From: Octopus sinensis
Lineage: Eukaryota
Reading direction: 5' to 3'
DNA length: 64,000 nucleotides
Assembly: GCF_006345805.1 (NCBI RefSeq)
Contig: NC_043002.1
Span: forward strand, 36,766,001 to 36,830,000
Positions 14,400-26,997 of this stretch are shown here, piece by piece. The notes beneath the pieces were generated by a model, which made no database searches, was not told where the DNA came from, and worked only from the letters and a program-made list of their open reading frames with translations. Made by a program: the position numbers and the translations under genes. Position 1 is the stretch's first letter, and every line of letters begins with the position of its first letter.

Positions 14400-14983
14400 A
14401 TACACACACACACACACACGCACACACATGCACACACACATAATGTGTATACATATGTGTGTGTAAATATGCATTTGTACAAGCACTCATGCACATGACC
14501 ACATGTAAATGCATGTTCACCTGTGTATATGAATATATAAATATATACATATTGATGGGAGGCATAAACATTTTAGTATCATGTATGTTCATAAATACAC
14601 ACATACATGATGTGATATATGTGAATGTACAAGCACACACACACACACACAGACACACACACATATATATACGTACACATGTGTGTCAAAGAAAAGAGTA
14701 CTGGATAAATGGTGTAGAGTAATATATTTATTGGGATTCAGTTGTTGATTCCCTTGATTGATATTCAGAGTTTCACACATGTAAAATATACATGAGATTA
14801 ATCAGAAAATATGTTGTGAATCAGGTAAACCTCACATGTGCATGAAACTTCGAGTAACAGAGGTGTGAGGCAACTACTGGTTCCCTATGTACGTGTGTGT
14901 GTGTGTATGTGTGCATGTGTGTGTATGCATGTTTTTGAGTGTGTGTAATATATATATATATATATATACATAAGTATGTGTAT

Positions 14984-15048
<65 letters not shown>

Positions 15049-15133
15049 GTCATGCAAATGATCATAAATGTATGTGTTCATGTGTATGCCAATGAGTTTC
15101 TAAATATATGAAAAATATATACATTTACTGTAT

Positions 15134-15172
<39 letters not shown>

Positions 15173-15176
15173 GGTA

Positions 15177-15218
<42 letters not shown>

Positions 15219-15836
15219 ATATTATATATATATATACATATATATGCATACATATATATGTATATATATGTGTATATATAAATATACGCATGTATATAAG
15301 TGTATGTTTATGTGTTGCTTTATGTGTGGGTGTTAACAAGTGAGTGTTAGTGTGTGTGTGTGTGTGTGTGTGTGTAGGTGTAGGTGTGAGTGTGTATGTG
15401 CATGTTTTTTATGAAATCAATAATGAGAATAGATATTAACTGCGAGAATGTACATTTATCAGATAAAGATTTCTGCAGAACAATCTTAGAATAATAAAAG
15501 AGAGCAAAACAGGGAAATAAACAAGTAACTCAACAACACAGACATTTTTAAAGTTAGAAAAATGGAAAAAAATCAAAAAATCAAAAAAGAAACAGTAAGA
15601 ACAGAGACAGCAACAAAGATTGATCAATTTTCTTTTTTTTTTTCTTTGATTTATTCAATAGCATAATTTAAACCCTACATGAATTCACATCACAATGTTT
15701 TGTTATACCTACAAAAGAAAAAAAAACTTTATATATATACACACACACATATAAATATATATATATATGAATATATATATATATATATATAGATATATAT
15801 ATATATATCTATATATATATATATATAGATATATAT

Positions 15837-15903
<67 letters not shown>

Positions 15904-15956
15904 AATTTATATTTATGTATGTATATGTGTATGTGTATATATATATGTATATATAT

Positions 15957-15991
<35 letters not shown>

Positions 15992-16273
15992 TATATATTT
16001 GTATGTATGTATCTATGATATATGTTTGTATCACATATGTGGTGTGTGTATGCAGATATCAGAATGTATATCAGGATTTTAGTAAGAAAGCATTTAGTGG
16101 GCCTTTAAGATAAATGTTAAAATATTTATTAACATACCACATCATATGATATATATTAAAAAAATTGTATGTATATCTATCCATATGTATATGTGTGAGT
16201 ATATGTATGTGTATTGTTTTGTAATTTTGTATTGTTTAACATTAGTGGGTGAGCTACAACAGATTTTGTGTGC

Positions 16274-16320
<47 letters not shown>

Positions 16321-16334
16321 TGCTTATATATATA

Positions 16335-16715
16335 AGTGCAGGTATGGCTGTATGGTTAAGAAACTCACTTCGTAAACATGTAGTTTTAGGTTCAGTCTCA
16401 CTGCACAGCACCTTGGGTAAGTGTCTTCTATTATAGCCCTAGGTGAACCAATGCTTTGTGACTGAATTTGATAAACAGGAACTATGTGGAAACCCAACAT
16501 ACGTGTGTCTCTATGTCTCTGTTTTTGTCTTCCTGCACCACTTGACTACCAATGCTGGTTTGTTTACATCCTTGGGATATTGCCATTCACCTAAAGAAGG
16601 CTGACAGATTAAGTACCAAACTTAAAAATAAGTCCTGGGTTCAATTTGTTCAACTAAATCCTGAAGGTGCTGACCCAGCATGGATACAGTCCAGTGATTG
16701 AAACAAGTAAAAGAT
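16335..16715 (+). mobile_element. tRNA-headed SINE family 1 (old, full-length-like)
   Basis: A-box-like TGGCTGTATGG, B-box-like GGTTCAGTCTC, gcaccttgggtaagtgtcttct core and gaaacaagtaaaaga tail. Confidence 0.75.
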
Positions 16716-16718
16716 AGA

Positions 16719-16759
<41 letters not shown>

Positions 16760-16760
<1 letters not shown>

Positions 16761-16831
16761 ATAAAATTTAAAATAATAAGGGATGTCTTGCAAACAAGGA
16801 AAATACATCCCTTATTATTTTAAATTTTATA
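16760..16831. repeat. Perfect 27-bp inverted repeat with 18-nt spacer, embedded in (TA)n
   Basis: tataaaatttaaaataataagggatgt (16760-16786) and acatcccttattattttaaattttata (16805-16831) are exact reverse complements. Confidence 0.9.
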
Positions 16832-17294
16832 TATATATATATATTTACACAAATATATATATATACATATATGTAGCTGCAAGTATGTCTAACTAGTTAA
16901 GATGCTTGCTTCATAGTCATAAGATTGCTGGTTGGATCTCATTGCAGGACATCTTGGGCAAATTTCCTTTACCAAAGCCCTAAGTTATTCAAAGCTTTTT
17001 AGATTCAAATTGGGTAGGGTATAAAATTTAGGGCAGGTAGAATGATTACATCAGGTGCATATTCTTAGCAATCAAGTGAATTAAGCTACACACACAGCTA
17101 AGTGCACTCTTCTAATACACAGGGTAACACTGAACTGAATCTCATATACCTATATATATATGTTTGAGAGAGAGAGAGACGGAGGGAGGGAGAGAGAGAG
17201 AAGTTACACATTAAGAGGGTGAGAGAAGTGGAAAGAGTATGAACTAAAGATTTTGATCATCTCATTGACTTCCAATCAATGTTGCCTAATTACT

Positions 17295-17397
17295 TCAGAA
17301 TGAAATATTTTCTTCTTTCTTAGTTCCTAAATTATCAATAATAGTCTGAAGTGTTTCTATATTCTTAATTTCATCTTTGGGTAAAATCATTAGAACT
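17295..17397 (-). CDS. Candidate terminal coding exon of an unidentified gene (VLMILPKDEIKNIETLQTIIDNLGTKKEENISF*)
   Basis: Long polypyrimidine tract ending ...catctcctttgtag. Only one frame runs 33 codons, and its composition is protein-like. No homology evidence and no confidently linked upstream exon. Confidence 0.3.
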
Positions 17398-18880
17398 CTA
17401 CAAAGGAGATGAAACAAGGAGTGGAAGAGAAGGAAGAAAAAGAATCAAGAAAGATAGGATGAGGAGGGAGGGAAGAAGTTATAGAAATAGATGAGTGGCG
17501 AATGGAAACTGAATTGTCACCAGCTGTTTTGACTTTTCTACTTATTTTTGTTAAGTGAAAGTTTTTGAGGTGGAAAGTATTGTAAACATTTATCTCTTAC
17601 CATTAACAAAGCCTGGTAATTAATACCTATTGATATGAAATGCTTTCATTTGGTGAAGGTGTACATACTATAGTATATTTGTGTTTGTTTGTGTGTTACC
17701 CATCCATCCACAATGATTCAGTGTTCATTTTATAAAAAAAAAACAATGAATTTAAATGCTGTTTTTTTCAAACTGTCTAAAAGTTACGAAAAAATATCAA
17801 CAACTTCCTGAATTTTGGTGATAAGTATTTCCCTTCAGGTGCACAATTTAATGATTGTATTTAAGGTTAGAGTTAACTGTAAGATGGACGCTTTACTATC
17901 CTTACCTCTGACTGAAAAACACTTTTGCAACAAAAAAAAAGATATACTAATATGGAAGTTTTCATTTTAACAACATGATTAATCTTTTGACCTTAAAATA
18001 ATCACTTTGTGGTTTTAGGAAATATCTACTTAGATATCTTAAACATAGTATTTTGAATTAAAAATAATTGGCTTACTTAAAAATATTCTGATTTTAGAAT
18101 AAAGAATTTAGCCTTAGTGTTATTTTAACTACAGCATAAATACATGTCCAGGAGATATTTTTTGAAACTCTTTCCCTTGACAGCTACATATAACTGAATT
18201 GAGTGTTGAATTTCCATCTGATGGATTAATGGTTTGTATCTTGTCACTATTGCTGTGCAGTGTCTACAGCCAATGTATTTAACTCTTGTCAGTCCAGTCT
18301 ATCTATTTTATCTTATCTATATATAGGTAACACAAGGTATCTATTCTTAGATGGATGGACTGCAGCATTGTATTATAAGCATTTCATTAGCTTACAGAAT
18401 TATGTTAAAGCCTTCTTTATCACAGTGTTACACTTTATTCTTTGCTTGACTTAACATTACCAACCTGGCTCTAAGTGTCTTTGATGAAATATATTTTTAG
18501 CCTTTCTGAGTCTTTAGATACCTGTTTTTCTCTTTTGGAGTACCTTTAGTATAGCCCACTCTGCTGCAAGAATTCAGTCTAGATCTCTGGTCTCTAAGAG
18601 TAATTTCCTCCCTACCCCACCAGGCATGTGTGCAACCTTTCCTCTTTCAGCTTAACCATTACTAAATCTCAGACCAAATTTCACCTGGAACAGCTCTGAT
18701 TGCTCTGGGTTCTCATTGTCATTAAAATCTGTGTTTTCTACAATCTTAAATTTCCTGCAGTCTACCCTGTGTTAAGGCTCAGCAAACAGATAGAAAGAAA
18801 GTTATCACCTCCAGAAAAATACATGTCTCAGTTGACAGAGTATTTAAACTTAATATTCTTTATCTCTTATAATGTTTCAG

Positions 18881-19008
18881 TGTTGTTTTGATTTGTTGTT
18901 GCACTGTGGACTTTGAATCCAATTATCTGAATCCAAATCTTGAAAAATTAAATGACAAAAACCTGTTGAAAATCAATAAAACATGTACCAGTCAAATATT
19001 GAGGTCAA
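18881..19008 (+). CDS. Candidate internal exon (VVLICCCTVDFESNYLNPNLEKLNDKNLLKINKTCTSQILRS)
   Basis: Strong acceptor ttctttatctcttataatgtttcag, canonical donor CAA/gtaagt and a single open frame (phase 2 to 1). No compatible neighbouring exon was found. Confidence 0.3.
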
Positions 19009-19778
19009 GTAAGTTGACTTTTCCTCCATCCAGTGTTTGTGGCTTAATGCTTATACTAGAAATAATAATGTTTTATTTATAATTATTGAAATGTTTACCA
19101 TGAACTTTTGTAAAAACAAACAAACAAAAAACCTAAAACAAAATTATGCTGAAGAGTAAAAAGAAAGAAAACAATAGATGTGTTGTTAGTAATCATAATA
19201 ATAAAAAAATATTACAATTTCTACTAGAAATATTTCTGAATGTCACAATATAATCATTCATCAAAAGAACAGTTTAGATAAACATGGTAATAAAAAAAAG
19301 ACAAGAAAAATGACAAGAGAATAAATGGAAGAATAAATAAAATAATGAAAATGAAAAAGAGAAATAAATAACATTTAGTTAAAGTATTTTTTCAGTTAAT
19401 GATTTGATATAATATTGAACAATTTTATACGAGTATCTTTTTTTTCACATTATACAATATTATACAGCTAATATTAAAAACACTGTTATTAACAATATTA
19501 ACACAATATTCAATCAATAGTTTTGCATGCACAGATACATGTATGCACGCACACGCGTGTTTGTGTATGTGTGTGTGTGTGTGTGTGTTAATCCATTACA
19601 TTGAAATATTAAAAGAAAATTTCCTTCGATTCATAACTTAGATAGTGATATCAATGAATGTTAATAATGCCAATGAAGAAATAAATAAAAAAATTTTAAA
19701 AGCCTGTACACACACATGTACATGTACACACATGTAATACATATGTAATATATATTATAATATATGTATATATATATA

Positions 19779-19811
<33 letters not shown>

Positions 19812-19963
19812 TCTTTGTATATATACAAACACAGATATATGACAATTTCAATTTTCTATAGGTTTAATCTTTTTATATCCAACGATACAAAGAATATGGC
19901 TTTGAGAAAAAATAATTATATATGAACAGCAACACAGATATTATCTGTGTGTGTGTGTGCGTG

Positions 19964-20041
<78 letters not shown>

Positions 20042-20059
20042 TATATATATGTATATATA

Positions 20060-20844
20060 CGAAGTCTGATCAATAAGTATCCAGACTGTTGCCATATTAA
20101 TGAAGCTAAAGCATGCAAAGCGAAGCCACCTTCATCTCTGTTGTGCATGTGCACTAAGTTTTAACGTTCTAGCTTGCATCCGCTGTTTACAGCAGTGCTT
20201 GGAAGGAAGGTGTATAGCATTGATCATGACAGAGAAAGTTATCATGGTGATACCTACTCAGAGGCCTACACAAAGTTGCAGAAAGTGTATGGAGAAGGGT
20301 GGATGAGCCACATACAAGTGTACGAGTGTTTCAGACTTTTCCAAGATGGTCGATATTGACGAACGTTCTGGGAGACTTGCAACCAGCAGAACAGAGAAAA
20401 GCATTGCAGATGCATGTGCAGCTGTGAGGGGAAATCGTCGAATCACCACCTGTGAGCTATCAGAGCATGTAATTGGGTATGGGACGCGTGTCTGCCAAGT
20501 TTGTGCCAAAACTGCTTTCAGCTGACCACAGAGACACTCGGGTTTCAGTTGCACAAGACCTTGATTGTGTCGAGAATGATGAAAACTTTGCATAGGCTTC
20601 TGAGCAGGTATCCCGAAGCTTTTGGCAAGATTCGCTACTCAGCTTTCTGTCACGTTTAATGCAATGACCACACATTACACACCTTCCTTCCAAGCACTGC
20701 TGTAAACAGTGGAAGCAAGCTAGTACGTTAAAACTTAGTGCACATGCACAATAGAGTTCAAGATCAATCTGTGCTGAGCAACTTTATTCTGCATGCTTTA
20801 GCTTCGTTGCTATGACAACAGTCATGATACTTATTGATCAGACC
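20060..20844 (+). mobile_element. Mariner-derived fold-back element (two inverted left ends flanking the transposase N-terminal half)
   Basis: Starts TA|cgaagtctgatcaataagtatc, and the inverted copy ends ...gatacttattgatcagacc. Arms are about 220-260 bp. The interior translates GDTYSEAYTKLQKVYGEGWMSHIQVYECFRLFQDGR...GNRRITTCELSEH...RVSAKFVPKLLSAD (WVPxxL-like). Confidence 0.85.
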
Positions 20845-21401
20845 AAACACACACACACACACATAAAATTCTTTAACAAGAATAGTAGTGACAATGACTT
20901 TGAAATTTTGATCTGTTAAACCATCGGACTGTGATGCACTAAATTTGACCTTGGCTTTATATAGTCACTGTTCAGGTAATTTTTTCCCTGAATAGGTGGT
21001 GTTCTGTTGAATGGTAATTAGGTTGTAGAGTAGGTTGTGACAGAAAGATGTTAAGGAGAAATTTTTTATTAATTAAATTTGGGATTATGTTTTGATCAAA
21101 ATTTATTCATGTGTGTAAACAGGTGTGTATATTTAGGTGTATCAGCTTCAGATCATAGGATTGTTTTTTAGGTGCACAAAAGAATGTAGATAAGTAGAAA
21201 GAGTCTTTTGGTCAGTAGATGTGATGCTAGTCTTAGTTATTGTTGATTTTATTGGATTTAATCCTTTTCTTTGAATATGTAAATATCAAAGTTCTAAGCT
21301 TAATTCAGCGTTTAGAACTTTGTAACTGAGTGTGCAGCTTTTATGTAATGTAATTTTTAAGGGTTCATAAAAGAATATAGGCAGATGGTATGTTTTAGTT
21401 G

Positions 21402-21637
21402 TAAGGCAGCAAGCTGGCAGAAACGTTAGCACGGCGGGCGAAAATGCTTTGCGGTATTTCGTCTGCTGTTACGTTCTGAGTTCAAATTCTGCCAAGGTCG
21501 ACTTTGCCTTTCATCCTTTCGGGGTCGATATATTAAGTACCAGTTACGCACTGGGGTCGATATACTCGACTTAATCCATTTGTCTGTCCTTGTTTGTCCC
21601 CTCTGCGTGTAGCCTCTTGTGGGTAGTAAAAACATAA
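21402..21637 (+). mobile_element. tRNA-headed SINE family 2 with 14-bp TSD
   Basis: TGGCAGAAACG A-box-like, GAGTTCAAATTC B-box and gcctttcatcctttcggggtcgat core. Flanked by the direct repeat gtatgttttagttg (21388-21401 and 21638-21651). Confidence 0.9.
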
Positions 21638-22272
21638 GTATGTTTTAGTTGATCAGAAAGTTTCTTTACTTGTTGTTGATGCTAAATTTTTCTGTCTGGT
21701 TCAGTGAACTGTTACACATGAATTTTCCTGGCGTGCAACCGTTCTTTAGACAAGTCAAACTAAGCAAGAAAGACATGTTACACCACTTTAATGGTGGAAG
21801 CGTGACTGAAGACGAAAAATACATATAAAAACTTTTACATGTATATGTGTATCTCTTGCTGGATAGGAGTGCTTATGCATGTATTGAACTACTCCCTTTT
21901 TCTCAATCCCTGACCACATCAACATGTGTTTGTACTTAGGTATGTGCCTGTGAGTGCACATGTGTGGGTCTGAGAATGTTCGAATATGTGCATGTGTATG
22001 TGAGACTGTATTTGAGTATCCATCGAGTGTAGGATTGTACTGTGGTGTGTCTTTTAGCCTATCTCTTGCCTGTACAAGTGGTAAGACACAACTGAAAGAT
22101 ACAACCAATGACAAGACATGGCTGAAAGTTCAGAGTAACAGATCACAGGACTAGATTAAATAAAGTACTGCACTACTCCTTTTCCAGATCTTTACGCAGC
22201 AATGGTGAATATATATATATATATTGTCTGACAGCCATGACTGGATTCTCCCGCTTGTGTGGCATGGTGCAG

Positions 22273-22303
<31 letters not shown>

Positions 22304-22498
22304 CATGTTTATACATATATAAAGATTATGGTCATTAAATTTTGCTTCATCAACATGTTGATCTGCTGACAAATTTACAAATGTATGTATGCTTCTGTGT
22401 ATGTGTCTCTGTGTATATGTGTGGGAGTGTTTTTGCTTGCATGTATGTGTCTAAAATATATACCTATATCTAGATCTATACATACATACATACATACA

Positions 22499-22529
<31 letters not shown>

Positions 22530-23117
22530 GTTTGTGTGTGTGTATAAAGTTATAAGCATACAGACACACAACGTATATATAGCTTTGCATACACATGCGT
22601 TTCTCAGGTGACCTACAATATAAATTTAAGAAAAGGCTGGTTATTAGTTATGACAATAGTGTAATACATTTATCAAATTAAATAGTCAAATGAAACAGAA
22701 AAATTTACTGACAACGATTCCACAAACTAAAATATGAAGAAAATATCCTGGATAAAGAAGTTGAATAGTTTTGATCATAGGATAGGAATAGTGCAAATCT
22801 TCTCCATAGCAACCAGTTCACTGGAGCACATTTCTTGTTATTTCCTTTTTTTTTTTTTGCTTCTTTCTAAATCTGATTATATAGCAGTAAATAGCAAGCA
22901 TAGAGCAGATCAACAAATGGTTTGCAGACCTCACTAAAGTAATAGTTTGACAATGGAAACAGAAAGCTTTCAAAAAAGCTTGCAGTGTCAGCATTTTCAC
23001 AAACGCATTCTCGCTGGCAACATAATTTATCTGAGCATACATCTGCTGTGGTTCCTCAGGAAAATATACATAATGTATGTGTGTGTGCATGTATATATAT
23101 GTGTGCGTGTGTATATA

Positions 23118-23152
<35 letters not shown>

Positions 23153-23885
23153 CATTCACACTTTTATAATTAATGCATTATATATGGAAGTGAGCTGTTA
23201 ACCATGTTATTTCAGTATTCAAGCAGGTTGAGCCACTGAGATATAAACTATGATTTCCTGTAAAACTTAGCATGTGGAAATAATTTTCATTTAAATCCAT
23301 TAGAAACATCATTTCTGCAACTGAAAACAACAACAATTACAAAAAACAAACAAACTAGCTAACAAACAAATAAACAAACAAAACAAACAAAAAAAATAAC
23401 ATCTCAATACTATATTGGATTTTCATGTTTTGCTTTGTTCCTTGTGGACAAGAAAACTGATTTTTTTTTGCTCTTATAATATCCATTCTAGTTAACAACT
23501 TTAAATATCTTTATGAAGTTAGTGTATATTCATATCAAATATTTTCGGTTTTCTATTTGAAATATTCTGTTGTTATTGTTTTTAGTAAATGTATTGCTCA
23601 GTTATTTTTGAAGCCATCCATCCATCCATCCATCCATCCACACACCCACCCATCCATCCATCTCAATATATATATATTCATCGAAATGAACAATATTATA
23701 TGCCCATTATGGTTGATTTTACCATCTGGTTCTGCACTGGGGATTCATGGATGTTAGATAACAGCTGGATTATGTAACCCTTCACTCTTCAGAGTTGACA
23801 ATAATAGAAGATATGGTATACTTTGATCAATATACCTTCTTTACAAATAAGTGCATATTTTTCTAACTTATGGATTCTTATATGG

Positions 23886-23929
<44 letters not shown>

Positions 23930-24429
23930 CAAAGTGTAGTATCTGATGATGATGATGATATATATATATACCTCTTCCACCCACTCATCATCATGATTAT
24001 CATTTAATGCCCATCAATCAGGCAGGCATGGTTAAAATGATTTGTCAAGATCCAACCCCAATCCCACCCTGCTGACTGAAGTAAAGAAAGAGAAAAATTT
24101 ATTTAGTAATATAGTCCTAATTACTTCTAAAATGGTGGGATTGTCATTGCTGGAGCACCTTTTGATCATAGATCCAAGGGTTAAACAACAACTACTGTAC
24201 TTTATAACAGACTCAATATTTTGATTTAATCCAGAAAGTTTGTTTGAATACATATGTATGTGTATGTATGTGTGTGTGTGTGTATATATGTATATATATA
24301 TATATGCACATGTATATGTATGTATTAATATATATGCATGTATTAATATATATATATATATACACACATATATATGATATATACATATACGTATACAGAT
24401 ACATATATATATATATAAGTATATGATAT

Positions 24430-24860
24430 AAATGCTGGTGGCATGTAAAGAACACCCTTCAAGCATTGGGCCTCACAGAAGCAAAGTGGCCGAGTTCCTT
24501 TCAAGTGTTGGACCCCACAAAGGTAATGATTGAGACCTTTAGCATTTAGACATGCTTGAGAAGCCCCATCAAGCTGAACAAAATTGCAGTCGTGACAGAT
24601 ATCGGTGTCACACAAATTGGCACCTGTACCGGTGGCATGTAAAAGTACCCCAGTGTCATGCAAACGGCAGCTGTGCTGGTGGCATATGAAAGCACCCACT
24701 ACACTCTCAGAGTGGTTGGCAAGTTAGGAATGGCATCCAGCCATAGAAAACCATGCAAAATCAGACTGGAATCTGGTGCAGCCTTCCAGTGTGCCAGCCT
24801 GGTCAATCCATCCAATGTAAGCCAGCATGGACAATGGATGTATGATGATGATGATGATGT
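24430..24860 (+). mobile_element. RTE 3'-tail element (older copy)
   Basis: Repeated ggtggcatgtaaaa(a)gcacc modules, gtggttggc..ggaatggcatccag, and a terminal catggacaatggatg..(GAT)n. Confidence 0.75.
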
Positions 24861-25276
24861 ATATATATATATATATATATAATATATATATATATGATGT
24901 ACATATATATACATGCGTATATGTAAATGTATATATAATCGATCCATGCCAACATGGAAGATGGACGTTAAATGATGATGATGATGATGATGATGATGAT
25001 ATAGTATATAAATAAACAATATATATATATATCTATCTATACATAATATTAGACATACATACATACATACATGAATACATATGCACATATATGTATATAT
25101 GTGCTTATATGTATATATATGCATATGCAAGCTTTTGTGGATCAAACGGAATTCATTGAAAGACATTTTCTACTACTGGATATTTTTCCTGTTGTCAACC
25201 TCACCTGTTTCCTAATAGAACCCCTAACAGGACATGGAACATGGATGTTAAATGATGCTGCTACTGATGATATATA

Positions 25277-25400
25277 TCATCATCATCATCATCATCATCA
25301 TCATTTAGCGTCCGTTTTCCATGCTAGCATGGGTTGGACGGTTCAACTGGGGTCTGGGGAGCCCGAAGGCTGCACCAGGCCAGTCAGATCTGGCGGTGTT
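25277..25400 (-). mobile_element. RTE 3'-tail element (short copy)
   Basis: (CAT)n-ttagcgtccgttttccatgctagcatgggttggacggttcaactggggtctggg. Confidence 0.85.
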
Positions 25401-25624
25401 TCATATATATATATATATATCACTGGTTTGAGTTGTGAAATAGAGGTAAATATGAATATAACAAAGCCAAGAAAGTAAATGATTTGACATAACCTGAGAA
25501 AGTGAAGGCTCATTATCATCATAAAAAATAATTAATTAACTAATTTAATTAATTAATAACTGCAGAAAAGTGATACTAGATCGAGTGTTTAATTTGTGAC
25601 AGTGTTGAAAGAATGCAATACTGC

Positions 25625-25860
25625 TGATATGGAAGAAAGCTGCTGCTGCTACTGCTGCTGCTGCTGCTGCTGATAATGATGATGATAATGATGAAGGTGA
25701 TGATGAAGATGATTATGATTATTATGATGATGATAGTGATGGTGATGATGATGGTAATAATGATGGTAATGATGATGATTATGATGACAATAATGATGAG
25801 GACAATGATGGTGACGATGACTATGATGATGATCATGATAATGATGATGAATATAAAATG
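25625..25860. repeat. Compound (GCT)n/(GAT)n trinucleotide repeat
   Basis: Directly visible. It gives the poly-Ile and poly-Met pseudo-ORFs. Confidence 0.9.
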
Positions 25861-26544
25861 ATTGTAAGTCTCTCTAAACTACCTTCATGATTAATTTCAG
25901 GTAGAATTACTTTGTTTAGAAATGAGCAAGAATTGGCATAGGTTTGACTTTATGCCAATGTCTTGTAGAATTAACATCACATTTCAATATGGTTACTCTT
26001 GTCAGTAGTTAGAAAGTGAAGTACCAAAACCAAACTTTGTGAAGCTAACACTGACCCTTAAAAGCACTAACAAAATTTTCTGATATTTCCCATGGCTACT
26101 AAAGAGCAATTGAGTAATTGTCTTGTTAGAATTTATACACTTTCACATATATGATTGATTTCTTGTCAGATGTTCTCACATGTAAAGGTTCAATAGAGGA
26201 AATATCTCTAATTGGTTTTTGTTTTACATGTTAAAATATGAAGTTGGTATTTGACAGACTTGCTTGAAAGCTGCACTAATTATGTAATGATTCAGGGGCA
26301 ATTATAGGTACAGGTATTACTATGTGGTCAAGAAGTTTGTTTCTCAATTGTCTGGTTTCAAGTTTAGTCCTTTTGTTTGGCACAAGCTGTTTCTCTGAGC
26401 TGACCATTGCCTTGTGAGAGAATTTGTTAGATTGAAGCTGTGAAAAAAACCTGCCGTGTGTATGTGTGTGTGTTGTGTGTTGTGTGTGTGTGTTGTGTGT
26501 GTGAGCATGTATTTCTATGTGTATATATATATATACATATATAT

Positions 26545-26695
26545 CATCAACGTCGTTTAACGTCCGTTTTCCATGCTAGCATGGGTTGGACGGTTCAACT
26601 GGGGTCTGGGAAGCCAGGAGGCTGCACCAGGCTCCAGTCTGATCTGGTAGTGTTTCTACAGCTTGATGCCCTTCCTAATGCCAACCACTCCAATG
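26545..26695 (-). mobile_element. RTE 3'-tail element
   Basis: cgtttaacgtccgttttccatgctagcatgggttggacgg...gatgcccttcctaatgccaaccactcc. Confidence 0.85.
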
Positions 26696-26922
26696 AGGGG
26701 TTTAGTTCACTGGTGATCTAAATGAATAGGTATGCTGAGTAAGTGCTATATATAATCCATTAGGTTCCAAGTTCACAGCTGAGGCTGGAGCTATGGATCC
26801 ATATTAGGCTTCTGTGTTAGCAGGTATGTATTATATTAGAGGAAAAAGGACAACAAAGACCAAGGCAGGATGAGTATCTCAAGTCATTTATAATAATTTA
26901 ATTAGGGTAAGTTGAATTTGAA

Positions 26923-26997
26923 GCCTTACAGCTGTTTCTGGGAATCCAAAGTGATAGGCTAGAATCTCTATACACTGGGTATTCCATCATCAGAGAC
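26923..26997 (-). ncRNA. Type I hammerhead ribozyme with extended stem II (PLE type)
   Basis: Minus strand: GTCT-CTGATGA-TGGAATACC CAGTGTATAG...CTATCACTTT GGATTCCCA-GAAAC-AGCT-GT-A-AGGC. The core is complete, stem III is the palindrome ACAGCTGT, the triplet is GUA, and stem I is 4 bp. The pyrimidine-rich region upstream (27020-27420) resembles a PLE 3' UTR. Confidence 0.7.

Noticed and set aside
25576-25861. Poly-Ile/poly-Met ORFs
   Set aside because: Simple (GAT)n-type trinucleotide repeat.
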